Below, piece by piece: positions 1 to 11,785 of a stretch of DNA of 64,000 bases. The first letter of the stretch is position 1; the number at the start of each line of letters is the position of its first letter. Made by a program: the position numbers and the translations under genes. Origin of the DNA: Fistulifera solaris (taxonomy: Eukaryota); assembly GCA_030295235.1 (NCBI GenBank), contig AP026132.1:1116001-1180000 (forward strand), given 5' to 3'. The notes beneath the pieces were generated by a model. The model saw only the letters and a list, made by a program, of their open reading frames with translations, made no database searches and was not told the origin of the DNA.

Positions 1-1155
1 AGTTGATGCCCCGCCGTGCTGGAAAGGCCGAGGATGAGCATCAAAGTTAGGGGCATCCGGAAAATAAATTTGCCGAAGTTGAAGTAAATCAGGAACCAAG
101 TCGCGAATAAGCAGTTGCTCTATGTATATTCCATCCAAAACGCTCCCCGGCACAAAAGGGTCTTCCAACTGATAGATTGCTTCGAACAGGCTCGTTAATG
201 CTAAGGATGTGATCACCGCAAAGGCTATCCCTGTGCCCAGTGAATTGAGCTCATGCGCTACTTGAGCGTAAAAGGGTGCATAAAAAGGTGGTAAAAAGAT
301 GGAAAACAAGCGAGAAAAGCTCCGTAGTGCCTGCGGTGTTCGGTAGTTTTTGATCATGCGCAATCTCTCAAAGTATTGCAAGGATTCTCGCTCCCATTGA
401 CGAATACGCGAGGACTCATTCCCCGGCATACCTTCCCGTTTGAGTACTTCACAACATTGCGAAAGCTTGGCATATCGTGCATTCATTGATCGGAAACTAT
501 TTGTTGCTTTCGATAGAATCAACTTGGCTTCATTTTGATATAGGGGAAATATCTTGTGCCGAGCACGCGAACACGTCGGCAATGTCAAATAGTGCGTCGT
601 ATCGGAAGCAATACCGAACAACTGTTCAAGGACGGCATCCGAATGTTTCCTCCAATCGACATTTGACTGCGCTCGACCCGACGGCTTCGGTTTGGAATCC
701 CAATCCCAACTAGCGTGTGCTATGTACATTTGCAACAAAGTAGCCCGCAAATTTCCCAAATCGCGTAAAGCGTTTTCTCGCCTCCTAAAAGCCATACTGA
801 TGACGGCAGTAATAGGAGTGACGACAGCGAAGGAAAGAAGGACCCAATTCATGATGTTGCCATTAAATTCGTCCATCTCTTCTGTTGCTCGATGGACATA
901 AAGGGTCAAAGCAACACTCAGGGCAATGCTAATAAGGGATTCAATGGAAATGAGATAGAGAAGAAAGATAGTCAGCGACGCGAGAGAGTTCACTACGACC
1001 AAGTAAGCTGCTCGGCCGAGAGACGATGACGATTCGCCCCTGCGGCTTTCCGTCGCAGCGTTTTCGTCGATCGCACCATGATACGATTGCGCAATGTGTT
1101 CGACGGTTTCGTACGGCTTGGAGCTGCGATCCACTTCTTTCGGTAATGATGTCAT
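1..1155 (-). CDS. Bestrophin-like multi-pass membrane protein, 3' end runs off the window
   Basis: Manual translation from ATG at 1155 (MTSLPKEVDR...) is open to base 1. It has several hydrophobic helices, 'MAFRRRENAL', 'YRTPQALRSF' and 'QLEDPF', which resembles the bestrophin E-x-P-F motif. Not in the ORF track. Confidence 0.6.
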   Translation of the reverse strand, partial: MTSLPKEVDRSSKPYETVEHIAQSYHGAIDENAATESRRGESSSSLGRAAYLVVVNSLASLTIFLLYLISIESLISIALSVALTLYVHRATEEMDEFNGNIMNWVLLSFAVVTPITAVISMAFRRRENALRDLGNLRATLLQMYIAHASWDWDSKPKPSGRAQSNVDWRKHSDAVLEQLFGIASDTTHYLTLPTCSRARHKIFPLYQNEAKLILSKATNSFRSMNARYAKLSQCCEVLKREGMPGNESSRIRQWERESLQYFERLRMIKNYRTPQALRSFSRLFSIFLPPFYAPFYAQVAHELNSLGTGIAFAVITSLALTSLFEAIYQLEDPFVPGSVLDGIYIEQLLIRDLVPDLLQLRQIYFPDAPNFDAHPRPFQHGGAST

Positions 1156-1309
1156 GATAAAAGACGATTAGAAAGACACTAATACATCATTGCGAAAACA
1201 GGAGAACGGGTATCATGTCGCAATCACTTTCATCGAACGGCGCAGAAAAAACTGAAAATGGCCTTTTACTGCGGAAATAAAAATGAGAGGCCGCGAACAG
1301 GAAGGCAAG

Positions 1310-3250
1310 ACAGAAATTCTGTGGTGGTCCAGAAAATCTGGACCAGCTTGTTGATCTTACCAAAACGCTGCGGACATTCCAGAAATATAGGTACAGGGTA
1401 CCAGGTATTTAGGATCTTGACGACGGCCAGTAGCAGTGAGCGTTCCAGAGCTTCTGAACACGTCGTTTTCGATCAGAACGAAAGAAAGTGCTTGTTCCAA
1501 ATATTCTGGAAAAGTTACTTCTGTCATACAGAATATCTGTAGTGGTCCAGAAATTCTGGACCATTTTATTGGATCCTACCGAAATGCTGTGCACGCTCCA
1601 ATAATTTCAAAGAGGGTATTTGGGGTCCTAACCAAAGCCGGTGAGCGTTCCAGAGCCTTTGAACACGGTGTTTTCGATCAGAGCGAAAGAAAGTACTAAT
1701 TCCAGATATTCTGGAAAAGTTTCTTTTGTCATACAGAATTTCTGTAGTTGTCCAGAAATTCTGGACCAGTTTTTGGATCCTACCGAAATGCTGTGCACGT
1801 TCCAAACAATTTCAGAGAAGGTGTTTGGTATCATAACGAAAGCTGGGGAGCGTTTTAAAGCTTCTGAACACGTTGTTCTTGATCAGAACGAAAGAAAGTG
1901 CTAATTCCAGATATTCTGGAAAAGTTTCTTTTGTCATACAGAATTTCTGTAGTGGTCCAGAAATTCTGGACCAGTTTTTGGATCCTACCGAAATGCTGTG
2001 CACGCTCCAATAATTTCAAAGAGGGTATTTGGGATCGTAACGAAAGCCGGTAAGCGTTTTAAAGCTTCTGAACACGTTGTTCTTGATCAGAACGAAAGAA
2101 AGTGCATGTTCCAGATATTCTGGTGTTTGGGATCGTAACGAAAGCCGGTGAGCGTTTTAAAGCTTCTGAACATGGTGTTTTCGATCAGAACGAAAGAAAG
2201 TGCATGTTCCAGATATTCTGGAAAAGTTTCTTTTGTCATACAGAATTTCTGTAGTTGTCCAGAAATTCTGGACCAGTTTTTGGATCCTACCGAAATGCTG
2301 TGCACGTTCCAAACAATTTCAGAGAAGGTGTTTGGTATCATAACGAAAGCTGGGGAGCGTTCCAGAGCTTCTGAACACGTTGTTCTTGATCAGAACGAAA
2401 GAAAGTGCTAATTCCAGATATTCTGGAAAAGTTTCTTTTGTCATACAGAATTTCTGTAGCTGTCCAGAAATTCTGGACCAGTTTTTGGATCCTACCGAAA
2501 TGCTGTGCACGTTCCAAACAATTTCAGAAAAGGTATTTGGGATCGTAACGAAAGCCGGTGAGCGTTTTAAAGCTTCTGAACATGGTGTTTTCGATCAGAA
2601 CGAAAGAAAGTGCTAATTCCAGATATTCTGGAAAAGTTACTTCTGTCATACAGAATATCTGTAGTGGTCCAGAAATTCTGGACCATTTTATTGGATCCTA
2701 CCGAAATGCTGTGCACGCTCCAATAATTTCAAAGAGGGTATTTGGGGTCCTAACCAAAGCCGGTGAGCGTTCCAGAGCCTTTGAACACGGTGTTTTCGAT
2801 CAGAGCGAAAGAAAGTACTAATTCCAGATATTCTGGAAAAGTTTCTTTTGTCATACAGAATTTCTGTAGTTGTCCAGAAATTCTGGACCAGTTTTTGGAT
2901 CCTACCGAAATGCTGTGCACGTTCCAAACAATTTCAGAGAAGGTGTTTGGTATCATAACGAAAGCTGGGGAGCGTTCCATAGCTTCTGAACACGTTGTTC
3001 TTGATCAGAACGAAAGAAAGTGCACGTTCCAGATATTCTGGAAATGTTACTTCTGTCATACAGAATTTCTGTAGTGGTCCAGAAATTCTGGACCAGTTTT
3101 TGGATCCTACCGAAGTGCTGTGCACGCTCAATAACAATTCAGAGAGAAGGTGTTTGGGATCGTAACGAAAGCCAGTGAGCGTTCCGGAGCACTCTTGAAT
3201 AGCTGCTTTGGGTCAGACAGAAATTTAATTGACGTTCCAGTAAATCTGGA
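1310..3250. repeat. Tandem satellite array 1: ~205 bp unit made of four diverged ~51 bp subunits with a palindromic TCCAGA-N3-TCTGGA core
   Basis: 'tccagaaattctggacca' recurs about every 205 bp. Identical ORFs are offset by 1122 bp (1566/2688) and near-identical ones likewise (1641/2763). One unit has an internal deletion near 2123. Confidence 0.95.
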
Positions 3251-3570
3251 ACCATCTATTATAGAACGACATTTAAAAGTTGTTCGGGGTTAGGCTTTAG
3301 CACAGAGCAACCAAAATCAGTCGGATGTCAAATTTGCATTACGAGGGGACTTGTTTATCAGCAATAACTACGGTAGTATAGATAAGTCGGGAGACGAGCG
3401 TTAAAAAAGAAAAAAAAACAATTCTGTTTCAGAGTAATTAGTGACGAGAGCAATTCAGATCGTCCTCGATTTAACCCTTCTTTACATTGTTTACAAAGTC
3501 CTCATCGCTCATCGAATAAAGACATTTCAGTTGATGTCATACAATGGACTCCGGGGTACAACTAGCTCAA

Positions 3571-4218
3571 CTAGCTGCTACCATTGTTTCGCTGCAAATG
3601 TTTCTTGTGCATCGTAATTTGCAGTCGTTTCGCTTCGTCGGGACGTATCTTGGCACCATTGTATCGACTGCGAGCTCCGGATGATTTGCGGTGATAAAAC
3701 TCCATCGCATCCGTTTCTCCTATTATATCATCGTCGTCTTCGTCTATTTTTCCCAATGACAGTAAATCACCGGTACTTTTGGCGCACCGTTGAATGGGTT
3801 CGACGACAAATTTCGGCTTAAAACGGAACGGCCGCAGCGTTGGCTGCAATTTCTCTTGTTGTGTCGTTGGTTGACTTTTCGTATCACTCGTCTTTTGCAA
3901 AATGGCATCGCGAAACGAAAGCGTCGACGACGCGACGGACCAGACCGACCGCGGCCCCGCCACCAGATCATAACTCGAGTCGTCATGACATTTCAGACAA
4001 GATTCTTCCTCGGGCACCGATTCCAAAATATCGTAGCGACTCAAATCAGGTGTTGAAAACGAGGAACTCAAAGATCGCGGTCGTCTCGGCACTTCAATCA
4101 TCACTGGCGGTTCTGACGATGATTCGGGCTCATCGGAGGCAATCAATTCCCAGTCGTCTGTGGATGCGTTGGTGTTCAGTGTCGGCCACTCTTCTTCTGT
4201 AGCAGTCATTTCTCCCAT
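3571..4218 (-). CDS. Hypothetical protein (acidic/Ser-rich N-terminus, basic C-terminus)
   Basis: 224-aa ORF; first ATG at 4218 (MGEMTATEEEW); protein-like composition. Confidence 0.6.
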   Translation of the reverse strand: MGEMTATEEEWPTLNTNASTDDWELIASDEPESSSEPPVMIEVPRRPRSLSSSFSTPDLSRYDILESVPEEESCLKCHDDSSYDLVAGPRSVWSVASSTLSFRDAILQKTSDTKSQPTTQQEKLQPTLRPFRFKPKFVVEPIQRCAKSTGDLLSLGKIDEDDDDIIGETDAMEFYHRKSSGARSRYNGAKIRPDEAKRLQITMHKKHLQRNNGSS

Positions 4219-4639
4219 CTTGACGCGATCATGGACTTGTTGCAATACGTAAAGTTAGAATAGAATGATGAGTTTACTTGCGCTTATTATTTGAACGATG
4301 GGTAACAAAAAGTTTCATTCGCGAACCTCTCTTTGTTTTCGCTGGCGTCGAACAAAGACACGTTCTCGGAGAATGTAGTACGGAGTATCCAATAGAATGT
4401 AGTATCACCTCAAAGGTGGTCCGGCGTGACGCGACAAAACTTATTTAGGCCGGGAATGACGTAGCGACACGGACTACATAGCGTGAAACACTGTCACGTT
4501 TTCGTTTCGTCGCTTTTTCTTCGTTCGAAAAACTCACCATGGCCGTCGTTGCGTTGCTGTTTGATAGGACGGCATAATCTTCTCTTCCTCAACCATAAGT
4601 TAAAAGTTATTTCGTCTTTGTAACGCAAATTCGATAAGA

Positions 4640-5979
4640 ATGCAAGAACCATCATCAACTTACGAAGCAACACAAGCACGACAACGAACACAGGCGCAAC
4701 CCGACAAGGTGCACTGGGACGGAGAAGTATCGTTTCGAGATCATCCGTATCGACAATTGCATCATCAAAGAGGGATTATTGGAGCATTTCGTATTCGGTT
4801 ATTGGAAGCATCAAATCTCAAACGATCGTACTGGTCTCCTTTGGCCCTTGGCCCGGTTAAATTGTTGGGTTTGAGCAAGGCACACGGCAATGTGTCCTCC
4901 TTTTGTTCGTTTTCCTTAGATACAACGTCCGCGTACGGCAATGACAGTCTAACGCCGTCCACCTCGCATCGCAAACCAGCACCGACGTCCAAACCTCCAC
5001 CGAAACGCCCCAGCGTGGTGTCACCCGTCATTCCGGAAAACAACAATCCGGTCTGGGATAATTTTCAATTTGATTTTCCGCTTAGAAAAGGATTCATGAC
5101 ACAGGATGGGATGCGGTTGCTATTGACCGTTCGAGTCAATGAAGATTCGACTCCAGTCGAAACCCTCATGCCCGGTGGATCCTCGGATGGTGACGCGCGA
5201 TTGCTTGGAATGGGCAGTCTCGACATTACCGATCTTTGTTTGGGGTGTACTAGCGATGGCGATCCGGTACCGGGGGTGATCGATGCGTGGATTCCCATTT
5301 CTTTGCCGAACAAAGATCGTATGCCGGTGACAAATGAAAACGAGGACTCGAATGTAACAGCATCCTCCGAGTCATCGACGGGGATGGTTCGCGTCTTGGT
5401 ATCGTACGGACCGTCCGGATTGGAACCACACGAAAAAGACATTGTAGCCTTGGAAGCCTTTGCCCGTCGCAATCCATCCGCATCGTCCTGTCGACCCTTC
5501 TCTCGCCTCTCCGGCCACTGACGGTCGTCGAACGGCGAGGCGCTTTTCTGCTCTGTGAATACAGTCTTTCCGATCATGGACGGAAAAAGGGGTTCGTTCG
5601 CTTGCATCGGAACTCGGTCTTTGTCATTGAACGACAAAATCTGGCGGATGCGGCACACAATTTAGCACTCTTACCATTCGATGTCATGATGTCAACGCCC
5701 ATTGGACGAGCGAGTGCGCAAGCGTTGGGTCCCGTGGGGGCCGCCGGCAAAGAACTATTGATGCCGGCACTGCTTTCTTTGAAATTGCTGTGGGTGGCGG
5801 CACGTACGACGACGTTGGCGGGTCTCTCCGGAGCACAAGCCTTGGGCTCGACGTTGTGGCAAGAAGGATCAACGAGTTTGACGGCGAGTCATCACAGCGA
5901 TAGTAATTTGTCGCTGCGAGGTCATGATCATTATCGAAACCATCGCGATGGCGCTCTTTCCCAATTCGCTCAACTTTAA
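4640..5979 (+). CDS. C2-domain-containing protein (frameshift near 5496)
   Basis: C2-like motifs 'FRIRLLEASNL' and 'ENNNPVWDNFQFDF'. Adding one C in the ccc run at ~5496 joins ORF 4640..5521 to the frame of 5602..5979. Confidence 0.7.
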
Positions 5980-6456
5980 TAGGTGCTGATAGTTCTGTTG
6001 AGACCAGTGAATATTTTAATAGGAATTGCTTTATGTAATAAGCAGTTATACACATACTTCAAATCGGCTTTTGCCAGTGAATAAAACGCATTGCGCTTGC
6101 TACGGTATTATCTGATTACCAGCCAAAAGTTTGTTACAAGTTGATAGCTCGTATCGCCATTTATAAATAATAATGCAAGTGTTGTTTCTGAAAGTAACAA
6201 GTGCATTTGACCATGTTCTCGTCCTCGCCAGCATAGCATGCCTTTTGAAAGAGGGAGTCGTCTACAGAAAATTGTTACCCTGTTTCTGGACGATAGCGTC
6301 TGCAAATTCTCTGTCAATTTCAAATCGTCTTACACTAAGAAAAAAATACGCATTTCATCAATTTCACTAGACATCTCTATTAACGTGACCAAGCTATATC
6401 ATTATCATTCACTGCAGCGCAGAAAAAAACACAACTCGTCGGACGTCTCGAAATGT

Positions 6457-7433
6457 TTAAAGCTGACCACAGTTATCAATGACGACCTTGGCCTTGGTGG
6501 TACCACTGCTGGATCCAACCCCTTCGATGGCGCGGACGACATCCATGCCTTCGACCACAGAGCCAAAGACGACGTGCTTGCCGTCCAACCACGAGGTCTG
6601 GGCCGTGCAGATGAACTGAGAAAGGAAGAGGAGTGTATGAGGCCAAAGCAACAATAATGACAGCGAATCTCCACGCATCTCATTTACTTACAAACTGCGA
6701 TCCGTTGGTGCCAGGACCGGCGTTGGCCATGCTGAGAATACCCGGGCCAGTGTGCGTCAATTTGAAGTTCTCATCGGGGAATTTTCTACATGATTCGAGT
6801 GAGAAAGAGTCAACTGTGAGAAAGACAAAGCCATCACAGCAAGCCACGAAGCATGTAATGAATTAATCTCAGCACTTACCCTCCGTAGATCGACTTTCCA
6901 CCAGTACCGTTGTGGTTGGTGAAATCTCCTCCCTAGAAAAGTTTTAGAGAAGAACGAAAATGAGAACTCTGAGAAAGTCGCCTTGATTTGATATCGATTA
7001 CAACTTGATACTGTACTTACCTGGCACATGAAACCGGGGATCACTGCATTCATTGCAGATGGAAAGTGGATCGAAGATGAGAAGAAGGAGTAAACGAAAG
7101 ATTCATATTCATAGGCTCATCGAGAACGTACCGCGGTGAAAGCTAGAACCCTTGTATCCGAATCCTGGTTCTCCAGTGCAAAGCTGACGGAAGTTTTCCG
7201 CCGTCTTGGGAACAATATCGGCGCGAAGTTCCATAACAATGCGACCGACGGGCTTGCCGCCTACCGACATATCAAAGAAGACTTTGGGGTTGGACCTAAG
7301 AAGAGAGACATTAAGCGCAACGTGAGTGAGACGACGATACGCAAGCGTATTCGAAACGACACGGAGGAAGTAAAACAAAGTACCGTGCAGCGCAAAGCAC
7401 TGCCACAACAAGCTGCCCTGTCGTAACTTACAT
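6457..7433 (-). CDS. Cyclophilin A-type peptidyl-prolyl isomerase, 6 coding exons
   Basis: Exons 7433-7432, 7295-7132, 7043-7021, 6932-6880, 6785-6692 and 6615-6457, all with GT-AG introns. They splice to MSNPKVFFD...[16 protein letters not shown]...FPDENF...GSQFFICT...[10 protein letters not shown]. Confidence 0.97.
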
Positions 7434-7965
7434 GATGCTTGATAACAAAGTCAAGTTAACAACAGGATATTGTGTAATGAGAAAAGATCCGATACAATGA
7501 ATCGACCAGCTGTTTTGTTGCGCGCGTCCCTTTTGTTGTGTCGCTTGGAATGACCGTTGGTCGACTCCGCCGAAATCTTCGGTGACCTGACAGACTACAC
7601 TAGTTGGCCTATAGTCAAAGGCTTCCGCTACACCTCCTCTCACAGTCAACGGATCTGACGTAACAGAGCCAACAAGATCTTTCGATTTCCACGAAGATCC
7701 GAGGAGACGTGTGAAGGACAGAAAAAGTAATCTACATTATTTTGTACAGTGGAAAGGTATGCGGTTTTCACACGTATGTAATGTATATTGATGCGACATT
7801 ACTTTAAACTCCACGAGGCTAATTTAGTACTGGTATGGCTCGTCGCCGCATTCGTCGTCGTCGCCACAAAAAGACAAAACAGAATACAGATTCTGGTTGC
7901 GATTAGACCTATTACAAATTACAAAACCTTCCACAATCAATTAATTACAGCCACTAGTTCTTGAG

Positions 7966-8798
7966 ATGCCTACAACGACAGAACCAGAAAGCAAAAAGCT
8001 GAAAATGGACGACTATCCCATGTCCCCCGATACGGAATGGCCCGATGCGTGGCTCATGCCCGATCAAGTCGAAGATCAATGTGCACCCAATCGACTCGAG
8101 CCCAACGTGCCCGTTTCCGCCGAGCAAATGCGTGATTTGGGAATCTGTTACTGGAAAATGGAAGATGTCGACAATTACGATTATCCCATAAAGGCGATTC
8201 CGTGGGATCCGAAGGACGCCAAAGATCCGAAGTTGCAAGCATTGCGCGACGCTCGAGGATACTCGTATGCCGATATTATTACCGTACATCCAGATCATCT
8301 TCCCGATTTTGACCTGAAAATCAAGGCTTTTTTTGAAGAGCACATTCATGATGCGGTAAGTAGTTCCTGGAGAAGAACTATGGAAAAATTTTCTTGTTTT
8401 TCTACCGCTCACATTATCGATTACAGGAAGAAATTCGTTACATTGTCGGCGGTTCCGGATACTTTGATGTTCGCAACAAGGAAGACAAGTGGGTGCGCGT
8501 GCATGTCAAGAAGGGTGATCTAATGACGCTCCCCGAGGGAATTTACCATCGTACGTTTGCTGCATTTTGTTATTTGCTATTGTTAAACTCCGTTAATCTC
8601 AATATTCTTTTGCTTGACCCACACTCGACAGGATTTACATGCGACGAAGATCACATGATCCACGCCATGCGATTGTTCATCGGACAGCCTGTTTGGACGC
8701 CTTTCAATCGTCCACAAGAAGATCACCCCTCGCGCAAAAAGTACGCCGAATTGTTTTTGGCGAATGAAGAAAAGAAGGAAGACGGCGACACTAATTAG
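7966..8798 (+). CDS. ADI1: Acireductone dioxygenase (methionine salvage), 3 exons
   Basis: Motifs 'RGYSYADII', 'FFEEHIHDA|EEIRY', 'GSGYFDVR', 'LPEGIYHRF', 'AMRLFIGQPVWTP'. Introns ~8356-8426 and ~8551-8631. Confidence 0.95.
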
Positions 8799-9113
8799 AC
8801 TTATTTGTGAACAAGTCTTTTCATTTAGGCACAAATGGTACAATGTCAAGACGTCAATACACGTGTCAAGACATTAAATTAAGAATAACCACCGATAGGT
8901 TTACCGCGCTACACTTTATTTTTGATCGTAATCTAACGAACCTGGTACTGTATCGATGAATTATGTGACTTGCTTTAAAGTCACTTGAATTGAGAGATAA
9001 AACGATTTCGGGTTGCGTTGCAGCATTACATTCCGAAGAAATCGATTGTGGTCAATCTATTCTCTATCAACAACGCAATGAAGCCATGTTACCCTGCCTC
9101 CTCCAAGAAAAGT

Positions 9114-9702
9114 CTAATCTGAAACAACCTCCACTTCATGGGTGTCAAAGTGCATCAGAAAGGCTGCCGGCGCATCATAACCCTCTCCGGTGTGCGATCC
9201 CGGCGTGAATTTGACTTGAATGGGAAAGTTCGCACTCACTTCATCGACATTGTATAATTTGCTGACGACACCCCGCAGTCCCACAGGCAACAACAAGCAC
9301 CGCCGTCCGATAGGTAGACTCTCACTTGTATCGGGAACAAATTCTTTTTGCTCATTGAAGGCTCCCTTCGCTTTGGGGGGAAATCTGGTAGGCTTCCAAT
9401 CCCTCGACCGCGATTCGCACTATCGCACCGACAGTGATGACTTGTCCTTTCGCGTCTAGAACGGGTGCTATTTCGGTCGTCGGTTCTTGTTTTTGTGTTC
9501 CGTCGACAAAGAAAGAACCTGCCATGGCAGTGGATCGGTGCACGAGGCTATTTGCCCTGTATTTGCCGTTGTGAGTCACCGGCGAGAAAGCAGTCACTGA
9601 ATTCGAACAGGAGTCAAACGCCCATAGCAGTAAAGTCAATTGTGAAAAGAGGCATATCCATCTCCTTGTTTGATGCCATTTTGTTGTTGTACTTAACGAC
9701 AT
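9114..9702 (-). CDS. Plastid-targeted ferredoxin-thioredoxin reductase variable (alpha) subunit-like protein (frameshift near 9378)
   Basis: Signal peptide ending 'SVTAFSP'. 'VGAIVRI...GLRGVV...VSANFPIQVKF...FLMHFDTHEVEVV' resembles the cyanobacterial FTR variable chain. The frames join at the G6 run 9375-9380. Confidence 0.7.
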
Positions 9703-10285
9703 TTTCGTCAAGAAGAAAGAGGCTGATTTCCTATTCGTCAAAAAATAGAGACAATCCACTGCACGATGTATAATCTGAACGGTGATTGTCAAGTGATCTT
9801 ATCCTCGGTACAACTGTTCCTTTGTAAGCTACAAGGAAATACAATGGTGCAAGTTTTAGAGATGTAATAGGCAAACGTTCTTCTTAGTCGGACCGACCCA
9901 TTTGTATTGCAACAGTTGTTGCCGAAATGTTGTGACACGGCACCACCGCGACACGCATCCATCAACCTGACGAGAGACGAAACCGCGGCGGAGCTTCGGT
10001 TCCGGATCTCTCGTTTTTGTACTATAAAGTAGACACTCATTTTTCATTCCGTACAAAATTGCGTGCAACGTCATTCCCTACCATCGACTGTATAATGAAG
10101 TGTACTAAAACGTATGCCGAGTCGAGTCTTGTTTCACTTTCATTCCCGAAAACGACATGCGCTATTTTTCCACCTTCAACATGACCGTCGCAAGTTTTGT
10201 ATTGTTGTTGATGATTCATTCATAGGCACATCAATCAAAGTTACGAAAGATAGTAAGATACCAGCTAGCAATTACATTACAAATC

Positions 10286-11070
10286 ATGAAGATCCTGACT
10301 GCTGTTCTTGGAATGGGAGCTCTGAGCTCCACTTTTGCTTTCTCAACAAATCCGAAACCACCACACTCAAAGCCATTGACGTGTTTACACGCACAAAATC
10401 ATCAAACCACCGCCCTTGTAGCAGCTGTATCGTTTTGTCTCATCAGTCCCTTTCACGCGTTTGCGGATGAATATGGAAGAGAGGTTGAAGCACCGACTTT
10501 CTCGACGGGAGAAACAATTGAAGTAAGTAAATTCGTTGGCTAGTTCAAACGTTATTTTCGTGAGTGATGCAATAACTCACTTTATCCCTCCGACGCAACT
10601 GTAAATAAAGATTTGCATCAAACGTGGTCCTCTCGGAGCTTGCACTCAAACAGAACGTCGAACTGTGGAAAACGACAACGACAAGGCACAGAAATACTTT
10701 AAGGGAGGCAAAACACAACAAAAGTCAACTATTGGCGAATCAACGACAAGAAGAAAGTGCCAATGAGCTCATTGAGAAGTTAAGACAACAGTCAATTGAT
10801 AATAAGGAAAAGAATGAGATGATTGTTGCACAAAAGACATTTGAAAATGATCAGTCCGCCACGTTTGGTCCCTTTGACAAACAAGTTTTGATTATGAATA
10901 CGGATGGTCAAACATTTACGCTATTGAACAATCCTCAGGCGATGCGACTGAAAGATGCGGGTTTCATTCAGGGGCGAAAGTTTGTGAAACAGCCGACTGC
11001 GGACGAGATCGAAGCAGCCGCCAAAGCAGAAGTTCCGGCCTTTCTGAAAGCTATTTTAGGTGATAATTAG
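10286..11070 (+). CDS. Probable plastid/thylakoid-lumen protein of unknown function (1 intron, frameshift near 10703)
   Basis: Signal peptide 'SSTFAFS', then a second hydrophobic stretch ending 'AFA|DEYG'. Intron ~10523-10610. Confidence 0.6.
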
Positions 11071-11785
11071 ATTGCCTCATTGAGTCCTTCGAGCTGTTTG
11101 GCTATCATGTATAAGACTAGGATTTATTGAAGAACTAGCGTCTAAATTGATTGACACTAAAGATAATAACTAGTTGAAGTATTTGATTTGAAGAGGAAAT
11201 AACCAGTTTGGTTGCTACGAAATACTACGCAAAAACACCCTTGTACCAATTGAGTAAGAGCTCACCCTATCCTGTTACGTGACAACTACAATCCTAGCCC
11301 TGCTCTGCTCATCTCAAACGAAACAAGATCCCGGTTCCTCTTCGTCGATAATGTTCCTACGGGGTCTAGATATTTACGTGTAGACAGTTTGAGGCGTTGC
11401 AACAAGCCTTATCCAAGCTTTGAACTCCAGTCGAAGTCGATACTTTTCAATGATACGAAACAGATACGTTTCTCTATTTTATAATGGACGATTGTGCTCA
11501 GTAGGCTCGATCATTGACGATAAAAGGTAAAAATTATGAACATCCGGCCTCTCGAAAGGCCATGCAGAGCATGGTTCGTGGTTCGTCGTACTATCTAAAA
11601 TTTTGTAGTCACCGTTTCATATCAGTGTCCGTTGAAGCGACGTTGACTATTGACACTGCTATCAATTGTTGTCTTATTTGTGACAATATTTCCGTTGCGA
11701 AAGATGCAAGCATGCCGACCCTCTACATCGACACTTTGTAAAGAAGAGCGAAAACAGTTTGTATAATCACAAACGAAAAGAATGA

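Noticed and set aside
1258..3137. Many short repeated ORFs in the satellite arrays (also 17115-18617)
   Set aside because: Every frame is interrupted by stops and unit lengths (205, 365 bp) are not multiples of three; these are by-products of the repeat.
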